A stretch of 35,927 bases of DNA from an uncultured Methanosarcinales archaeon (lineage in GTDB: Archaea > Nanobdellota > Nanobdellia > Woesearchaeales > JAGLXL01), in contig CAYYLB010000006.1 in the NCBI GenBank assembly GCA_964472345.1, positions 1-35,927 on the forward strand, written 5' to 3'. Below, in pieces: positions 1 to 6,193 of the stretch; position 1 is the stretch's first letter; every line of letters begins with the position of its first letter. The notes below the pieces were generated by a model that was not told the origin of the DNA, made no database searches, and saw only the letters and a program-made list of their open reading frames with translations. The position numbers and the translations under genes are program-made.

Positions 1-507
1 CCCAATAATCGTGAGTGCCGCTTGGGGCGCTGGGGTTACCGCGGCGGCTGGCACCAGTCTTACCCACCCCTTATTCTCCAAGCTTCTTACACTTGGCAAA
101 AGCCCATGCAGAGCATGAGCACTCTGAGTGGCCTTATCACGCTTGCGCGCAGTGTAAAGTTTTCGCGCCTGCTGCACCCCATAGGGCTAGGGTCAGTGTC
201 TCAGTACCCTTCTGGGGGCTCCCTCTTTCAAGGCCCCTACCGATCTTTGGCTTGGTGAGCCTTTACCTCACCAACAGCCTAATCGGCCGCCAACTCATCC
301 TCAGGTGTCACCTTTGGGCAAAGGAACATTCCAGTATCCATTGCCTATCCGGGCTTAGCCTCAGTTTCCCGAGGGTATCCCAGGCCTGAGGGCAGATTAT
401 TGACGTGTTACTCAGCAGTACGCCTGTGCTGTCTTGCGACAGCCCTCTGACTTGCATGGCTTAGTCCCACTCAGATAGTAGCACTCTCCCGCAGGATCAA
501 CGGGAAT
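1..507 (-). rRNA. rrs: 16S rRNA, 5' portion (continues beyond the window start)
   Basis: The minus strand begins ATTCCCGTTGATCCTGCGGGA at 507. It contains CCCTATGGGGTGCAGCAGGCGCGAAA (archaeal 340/344 region) and GTGCCAGCCGCCGCGGTAA (515 region). Confidence 0.98.
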
Positions 508-658
508 TAACGATTCGATCGCAAAGCTTTCGCAACTCGATGCCTTCATCGTGCTCAATGATGCATTGAGCATTCACACTGGAATCTCTCCAAATCGCTT
601 CCGCGATTTGTACGTCGAGAAAAGTGGAGCTGATAACCGCGTGGGGAAAAAGAGGTCC

Positions 659-674
659 TATTTAAACATTTCGC
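659..674 (-). promoter_or_regulatory. rRNA promoter (BRE + TATA box)
   Basis: Minus strand GCGAAATG-TTTAAATA about 150 nt upstream of the mature 16S 5' end. Confidence 0.7.
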
Positions 675-720
675 AACTGAAAGGAGAAATGGTGCTCTGC
701 GATATCGTCGGTAAAATTCA

Positions 721-825
721 CTACTGCTTCATCCGCCGCCGGCGCTTTTCTTTCCGCATCCGCTTGCGCTGCCACTTCCAGCGCATCTGCCTCGGCTTCT
801 TCCAGCGACGGGAACCGCGTTTCAT
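721..825 (-). CDS. rpl41e: Ribosomal protein eL41 (L41e / eS32), 34 aa
   Basis: MKRGSRRWKKPRQMRWKWQRKRMRKEKRRRRMKQ matches the archaeal L41e pattern (MKR..R.WKK...MRWKW..KR.R). ATG at 825 with a TTTAAAG box about 25 nt upstream. The ORF track over-extends it to 969. Confidence 0.9.
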   Translation of the reverse strand: MKRGSRRWKKPRQMRWKWQRKRMRKEKRRRRMKQ

Positions 826-919
826 GCGCTTTGCGAAAAAGGAACACTCTTTAAATGCTTTTCCATAGGACAGGACACCGTCCCCTCCACCCTGGTGCAG
901 AACGTGAGGCGTATACTCG

Positions 920-1125
920 GGCAAGTAATTATCGAACATTTGCTTGCCGTTCGTAATAAGCAAAGGCACATTTTTTTACGAATAGTAGTTGCCTTTGCTC
1001 TATCAGACGATCAGACGTAGAGCGCACGGACGCTTATAGCGAATCTCGTTGGTTATCAAACTTTTCCGAGATTCGCTAGAATAGCAAATTGCGGGTAAAA
1101 AGTTTGAAAATTTCCGCAATTTGCT
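920..1125. repeat. Cluster of five tandem inverted repeats (hairpins)
   Basis: Arms 920-928/940-948 (one G-T pair), 959-968/990-999 (perfect 10 bp), 997-1002/1018-1023 (6 bp), 1037-1048/1067-1078 (perfect 12 bp), 1083-1094/1114-1125 (perfect 12 bp). Confidence 0.9.
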
Positions 1126-1126
1126 C

Positions 1127-1483
1127 TTACTGCACAATGCACAGCCGGTTCACATCCCCTTCGCAGTAGACGCCAAGCACCTCGCCGGTGATCTTTTTGC
1201 TTCGCAGGAACCGCGACACCTTCCGCACCTGCGCCTCAAGCTTGCTCCGCGCGTACCAGCAGCTCCCACTCTTGACCTCGACAAACAGCCGCCGCAGCTC
1301 CCTGCCTGCAGCATACTGAATCATGATGTCCGGCTGCGCGATGGGCCGCTTCTTTTTGAGCAGGGGAAATTCCGTCTCTGTCCTCACGATACGCGCTGCC
1401 TCGATCCCCAAAAGCTCCGGATGAGCCAGAATCAGCTGCTTCAGGCGTTCATGCTTGGTGAGGCTGCCGCGCTGGTAACGCAT
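1127..1483 (-). CDS. Small PD-(D/E)XK-fold nuclease-like protein
   Basis: Motifs ETEF...QPDIMI...FVEVKS...LEAQV fit the PD-(D/E)XK core. A TTTATATA box lies about 25 nt upstream of the ATG. Confidence 0.65.
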   Translation of the reverse strand: MRYQRGSLTKHERLKQLILAHPELLGIEAARIVRTETEFPLLKKKRPIAQPDIMIQYAAGRELRRLFVEVKSGSCWYARSKLEAQVRKVSRFLRSKKITGEVLGVYCEGDVNRLCIVQ

Positions 1484-1546
1484 CTGGTATACGGAAAGGT
1501 GATATTTTTATATAAATATTGCGCACCACCGGCACGGAGAGAAAAA

Positions 1547-1651
1547 TGCCGCGGCCGGGAAAGCCACACCGCCGCGCTGCTCGGCAGCGATTTGAACCCG
1601 GGTCACAGCCTCGAGAGGGCCGTATCCTTGGCCGGGCTAGACTACCGCGGC
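1547..1651 (-). tRNA. trnE: tRNA-Glu(CTC) with a 30-nt non-canonical intron at position 59/60 (intron 1561-1590)
   Basis: Acceptor stem GCCGCGG/CCGCGGC-A, anticodon arm CGGCC-CT CTC GA-GGCTG, T arm CCGGG TTCAAA[intron]T CCCGG. Promoter TTTAAAAA about 25 nt upstream and a T-run downstream. Confidence 0.93.
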
Positions 1652-1754
1652 ATAACCCCGCGCAGAACCAGAGCGCTTTTTAAACATGTCGGATTTTTCC
1701 ATTACCCGCGGCTGGTGATTCTTTCATTCTGCAGCCGCTTCGGGAACCGCAGGA

Positions 1755-2177
1755 CTATTGAACGGCGCTGAAGCCTGTACCGAGCTGCGCCTGCAGAAGC
1801 CTTCGTGCGGTGATGTATTTAAGGTTGCGTGCGATGCATGACGCGCTCACGATGCCGGCGATCCCGCCGCGGTCAAGAGCCACCAGCCGGCGGATGCAGT
1901 GGCGCTCCATCAGCTCGGCCGCCTCCTCCGCCCCGTGCTCGACATCAATCGTCTGCAGCGGAGAGCTCATGATTTCGCTGACGGACACCTGTGCAGGATC
2001 ACGCCCCCGTGCAACGACCTTGCGGAGGATATCCCGCTCCGTGAAGATGCCTATGGCGCCTGCCTGCTTTACCAGCATCGAGTCAAGCTGCTTCTGCTCC
2101 ATCAGGCGCGCGGCTTCCGCAACGCTCAGGCCGGCAGGAGCATACTCTGCATGATGCATGATCTCACGGACTTTCAT
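1755..2177 (-). CDS. CBS-domain pair protein
   Basis: MKVREIM...GIFTERDILRKVVA...VSEIMSSPL...IRRLV...GIVS, a typical tandem CBS pair. Start set at ATG 2177. Confidence 0.9.
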   Translation of the reverse strand: MKVREIMHHAEYAPAGLSVAEAARLMEQKQLDSMLVKQAGAIGIFTERDILRKVVARGRDPAQVSVSEIMSSPLQTIDVEHGAEEAAELMERHCIRRLVALDRGGIAGIVSASCIARNLKYITARRLLQAQLGTGFSAVQ

Positions 2178-2419
2178 TGCACACCCCTCAGAGAGCACAT
2201 GCTTCCCGTTGCTATAAATTGTGCGCATAAGGTGTATAAGGGGCATATACCGACAGCACTCAGGACATGCCTTGGGCAAGCAGAACAGTTATAGCAGGCG
2301 ACCGGCTTTGCCCCATAAGTCCGCTTTTTATCTTACTATTGGGGGCAGACTATTGACTTTTGAGGCAAAAAAATAGTTTTAGAAAGTTTTATAAGCATTT
2401 GTAATATGGGTACAACAAT

Positions 2420-2668
2420 ATGAAAGAAAGATACTCCCTTAATAAATTGACCAAAGAAGAAAAGATTGAGTTACTTAGAATTTTAAATTATGATAGTGAT
2501 GGTCTGTTTGTATTAGATGGAGCCGGAGAAATTGTGATTGATAGATATATAGACCAACCAGTTAAAATTGATAATATGCTTATTCTTGAAGGCAGCACTT
2601 TGATTATTGATAATAACCCTCTTAGCATTGCAGCTTATTTAGAGGAGTATCCTAATGCAGGACTTTAA
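2420..2668 (+). CDS. Hypothetical protein, 82 aa (passenger gene)
   Basis: AT-rich ORF with TTTATAAG box upstream; overlaps the next ORF by 14 nt; no recognised motif. Confidence 0.75.
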   Translation: MKERYSLNKLTKEEKIELLRILNYDSDGLFVLDGAGEIVIDRYIDQPVKIDNMLILEGSTLIIDNNPLSIAAYLEEYPNAGL

Positions 2669-3374
2669 TGGACTCCCTAAAGAAGTTAGACAGACCACAC
2701 AAGATTTAGCAAGAGGCATGACTGATGCATTTATCGACCGCTCATCAAATAAAATTAAAGAATTAGCAAACCGGTTTCTAAATCACGAACTCTTGTTTAT
2801 TGAAGATGATGAGACAATCGAATTAGTCAAACAACAAATAAAAACTCAAGAGTGGATTCTTATAAAAAAATATGTGAGTAATCAAGACCATAAACTTCTC
2901 ATACAAATGGGATTAGCTCTCCGTAAATTGGATTTGAAAGAGGATACTCAAAGAATATCAAATCTCAGGGAAAAGATTCATGGAAAATACAAAAGAATAG
3001 GTCTGCACATAGCTCAGTTTGTTCAGTGCAAACTAATGATGAGTTATATATCTAAAATTATTGATGATTGTAAAACAGAAGAAGGACTAATCACAAGAAT
3101 CAAAGATTTGTTAGATAATTTAGAGAACAGGGTTACTTTTGTTCAAGGCGGGCAAACTGTTGATTATGTAATTGAACAAATAAAAGCAAGATTAAACTCA
3201 CATAATCCTGAAGATTATCTAATATTTAGCAGGGACTCTGTTCTTAATAATGGTTATCAGATTAAAAAATATTTTGAGATTAACAAAGACCAAACCCAAT
3301 ACGATGTAGAATTTTCAACATCCAAAAAAACCTTGATAACTACACTAACAAGAAGAGGACAACCACCACCTTAA
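2655..3374 (+). CDS. Hypothetical protein, 239 aa (passenger gene)
   Basis: Long ORF in AT-rich DNA with GAGGAG SD upstream; no DDE or HTH transposase motifs seen. Confidence 0.8.
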   Translation: MQDFNGLPKEVRQTTQDLARGMTDAFIDRSSNKIKELANRFLNHELLFIEDDETIELVKQQIKTQEWILIKKYVSNQDHKLLIQMGLALRKLDLKEDTQRISNLREKIHGKYKRIGLHIAQFVQCKLMMSYISKIIDDCKTEEGLITRIKDLLDNLENRVTFVQGGQTVDYVIEQIKARLNSHNPEDYLIFSRDSVLNNGYQIKKYFEINKDQTQYDVEFSTSKKTLITTLTRRGQPPP

Positions 3375-3528
3375 GTAATAGTGGAATCTAAAAATGTTTA
3401 AATGGGGGGAGTTTTGGTTGCCTTTGAGGCAGAAAACACTTATGGGGCAACCTTGACTTATGGGCTACTTATGAGGCAAAGCCCAGGCGACCACAAGAGA
3501 TATAAGGATAAACACCGCAGAAACCCCC

Positions 3529-3834
3529 ATGCCAAGGAGAACGGACAAGCATGCCATGAAGCGCATCGCCCGCGAACGGATTGCGCACCTCTTCTCGCAG
3601 GCAGACGGGATCTTTGCCGCTGACCGGCAGCTCGCCAACCGCTATGTGCAGCTCGCGCGGAAGCTTGCCATGAAGGCGCGCGTCCGCATTCCCCGTGAGC
3701 TCAAGCGAAAATTCTGCAGGCACTGCGACACCTATCTCCGTCCGGGGGCAAACACGCGCATCCGGATCGCCAAAAGCCGCGTCATCATCCTCTGCCTTGC
3801 GTGCAAGAGATTCACCCGCATCCCCGTCCGCTGA
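3529..3834 (+). CDS. rnp4: Ribonuclease P protein component 4 (Rpp21)
   Basis: IARERI..LF...RYV.LARK.AMK...KRKFCRHC...L.PG.N.R.R...CLAC zinc ribbon. Confidence 0.95.
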   Translation: MPRRTDKHAMKRIARERIAHLFSQADGIFAADRQLANRYVQLARKLAMKARVRIPRELKRKFCRHCDTYLRPGANTRIRIAKSRVIILCLACKRFTRIPVR

Positions 3835-3852
3835 GGCAAGGCAGGCCAGCAG

Positions 3853-5712
3853 CTACGCGATGGGGTGGAAGAACCTCTCGACATTCTCGCGGTAATTCCG
3901 CGTCACGCTGAGCTCCCAGCCGGCCGGCAGGCATTGGTAGTACTGCGGAAGCACAAAGCGCTCGTCCAGGAAAACGACAACGCCGCGGTCCTGCTCGCTG
4001 CGGATGACGCGGCCGGCGGCCTGCAGGCACTTCATCATCGCGGGAAACACATAGCCGTAGTCCCACCCTTTCCCGAAGCGCTCCTGGCAATAGGCGATCA
4101 GCGCGCGGGTCTTCACATCCGGCCTCGCGAGCGGCAGCCCGACAACGACCACTGCCTTCAGCAGATCTCCGGGCAGGTCGATCCCCTCGGAAAAGCTTGC
4201 TCCGGCAACCGCAAACAGCGCAGCACCCTTCTCTTTTGACGAGCGGAACACCTCGAGCAGCTTTGCCTTCTCCTCGGCGTGTAGGACAGGCTTCTCGAGC
4301 AGCAGCAGCTTCGGGCTCTGTGCGGCGACACGCTCCGCGACTGCGTCCCTCACTTCATAGCTTGGGAAGAAAAACAGGCTGTTGCCGGGAATCAGCCCGA
4401 GAAGCTCCGCACAGTGCAGGGCAATCCGGTCAAACATCGCGCTGCCGCGCGTCCGGAAGCGGGTGCTTGTATCCGGCACGACAAGCGCGAGCCGGTTTGC
4501 CGCCGGGAACGGGCTTTGGTAAAGCCGCTCGACGCTGCGCGGGATTCCGAGCACGTCGCGGAACATGGCGGTTGGCGTCAGCGTGCCGCTCATCACCACG
4601 CTTCCAGCGGCATTCTCGAACACGGGTGCGGCAAGCACCGCCGGGTCAAGGCAGTCATGGCGCAGCGCAAGCATCCCGTCTGCGGAGCCGCGCCGCTCGA
4701 CAAACCGGACAAACGCCGCGCCGTCAGACTGCCATGCCTGCAGGAACTCCGCGATGCTCCCGAGAAAACTCCTCTTTTGCGCTGCCCGCACGTCAGCTGC
4801 AGCCTCTTCGAGCAATGAGACAAACGCCCCATAGTCAGCAGCCGCCGTGACCTCCTCGGTGAACGCTTCGCGGGAAAGCGGCTGCTCGGGAAAGCGCTCG
4901 TGCAGCGCGCCAAGAGCCTTGCTGAGCTGCTCAATCAGCGGCTTCAGCCCGGAAAACCTGAACTTCTCCGCCTCGCGGAGCGCAGCGTTCAGCGCCATGG
5001 TCGAAAGCCTGCTGCTCTGCAGCTCGCGCAGCCGCTGCGGCAGGTTGTGCCCTTCATCGACAATGAGGATGCTCTTGGCAAGCTGCTTGCCGGCGCGTGA
5101 AAAAAAGCTCTGCTGGACCGCAGGATGAAAGAGGGTGTTGTAGTCAGCGATGATGACATGCGCCTGCTGGGCGAGCTCAAGGCTGAAATAATACGGGCAG
5201 AGCTCCTCTTTCGCGCAGAGCGCCTGGACATCATGCACCTGCATCGCGCCCTGCCTGCGGCTTGCATGCAGCACGCGGTGCGCGGCAGCGCTGAGCTGCG
5301 GCGCAGTTTTCTGGTAGAGCTTGGCATAGAACTGGCATGCGTTGCTTTCCTTCAGCATCGTGCAGTATTCGGCAAACTCCTGGCCTGACAGCTGGCGCAC
5401 GCCTTCCTGGAGGCACATCCACTTCTTGCCGATGAGATCGGCGACGACCAGCTCGCGCTGATGCTTCTGGCTCATGAGGCGCAGCGTCTCGATCGCGATG
5501 TGATGCTGCGTATGGCGGTTGGTCAGGAAAAAAACCGTCAGCCCGTGCTCAAGGGCAAACGGAACGGCGGCTGCAAGAGTCGCTGCGGTCTTTCCCAGGC
5601 CCGTGGGGGCATGCACAAGAAGGTTTTTCCGCTCGCGCAGTGCGGCAGCGACATCCTGCATGAGCGCTCCCTGCTCAGGCCGCACCTGCACATGGGGGAA
5701 GAGGAGCTCCAT
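3853..5712 (-). CDS. XPD/Rad3/DinG-family Fe-S DNA helicase
   Basis: Walker A APTGLGKT, Fe-S cluster cysteines (C..., C, C, CPY), DEGHN, MSGTL, SEGID, QAAGRVIR. Start at ATG 5712, 25 nt below a TATTTAAG box. Confidence 0.95.
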   Translation of the reverse strand: MELLFPHVQVRPEQGALMQDVAAALRERKNLLVHAPTGLGKTAATLAAAVPFALEHGLTVFFLTNRHTQHHIAIETLRLMSQKHQRELVVADLIGKKWMCLQEGVRQLSGQEFAEYCTMLKESNACQFYAKLYQKTAPQLSAAAHRVLHASRRQGAMQVHDVQALCAKEELCPYYFSLELAQQAHVIIADYNTLFHPAVQQSFFSRAGKQLAKSILIVDEGHNLPQRLRELQSSRLSTMALNAALREAEKFRFSGLKPLIEQLSKALGALHERFPEQPLSREAFTEEVTAAADYGAFVSLLEEAAADVRAAQKRSFLGSIAEFLQAWQSDGAAFVRFVERRGSADGMLALRHDCLDPAVLAAPVFENAAGSVVMSGTLTPTAMFRDVLGIPRSVERLYQSPFPAANRLALVVPDTSTRFRTRGSAMFDRIALHCAELLGLIPGNSLFFFPSYEVRDAVAERVAAQSPKLLLLEKPVLHAEEKAKLLEVFRSSKEKGAALFAVAGASFSEGIDLPGDLLKAVVVVGLPLARPDVKTRALIAYCQERFGKGWDYGYVFPAMMKCLQAAGRVIRSEQDRGVVVFLDERFVLPQYYQCLPAGWELSVTRNYRENVERFFHPIA

Positions 5713-5826
5713 CGCGGCAGGCAGCACCGCGCTCTACTTAAATATTGTGCCAATCGAGTGGTGAATAGTGATACCGAAAAGTATATAAAAGACTATAGCT
5801 ATTGCACAAGCCATTCGGGGTGGCGT

Positions 5827-6096
5827 ATGCAACAGAACAAGATTTTCGACGTGTTTTTCCGCGAAAAGCCGGCGATGATGCTGGTCGAGCTGAAAAACCA
5901 TGATACGGAAATTTACGCATCCGTCCTTGCCAAGCAGATTGACTGCACCTACAGCCATGTGGTGAAGATCCTGCAGGAGATGGAGAAAGCAGGTTTGGTC
6001 GCATTCAAGAAGCAGGGCAGGCTGAAGCTGCTCGAACTGACGAAGAAAGGCCGCGACATCGCGACGAATATCGAGGACATACGGAATAAGCTGTGA
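5827..6096 (+). CDS. Winged-helix (MarR-like) DNA-binding protein, 89 aa
   Basis: YASVLAKQIDCTYSHVVKILQEMEKAGLV...GRLKLLELTKKG. ATG at 5827, divergent from the helicase. Confidence 0.85.
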   Translation: MQQNKIFDVFFREKPAMMLVELKNHDTEIYASVLAKQIDCTYSHVVKILQEMEKAGLVAFKKQGRLKLLELTKKGRDIATNIEDIRNKL

Positions 6097-6193
6097 AACT
6101 TTTTGTGATTGCGTAGCTTTTTCTTTTGGTGGAGAATCACGATAAAAATGTTTAAATAGGGGGCGCCATTGCGCAGCCATTGGGTGAGGCATC

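Larger units (their letters stand above)
2304..3483. mobile_element. Non-autonomous TIR element (IS1595/IS1-like ends) carrying two passenger ORFs
   Basis: Left TIR GGCTTTGCCCCATAAGT (2304-2320) and right TIR ACTTATGAGGCAAAGCC (3467-3483), 16/17 match. Perfect 9-bp flanking duplication CAGGCGACC (2295-2303, 3484-3492). Interior is AT-rich, with no transposase. Confidence 0.9.

Noticed and set aside
15..389. ORFs 15-389 and 22-258
   Set aside because: They are antisense to the 16S rRNA gene and not protein-coding.
553..571. Hairpin GCTCAATG-ATG-CATTGAGC
   Set aside because: It lies in the pre-16S leader, where helices are expected; not unusual.
920..1125. Hairpin cluster as a CRISPR array, integron attC array or canonical ORB origin
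   Set aside because: There are no identical direct repeats with spacers, no cas or integrase gene in the window, no cassette ORFs between the hairpins, and no ORB-like TCCA..GAAA/G-string motif.
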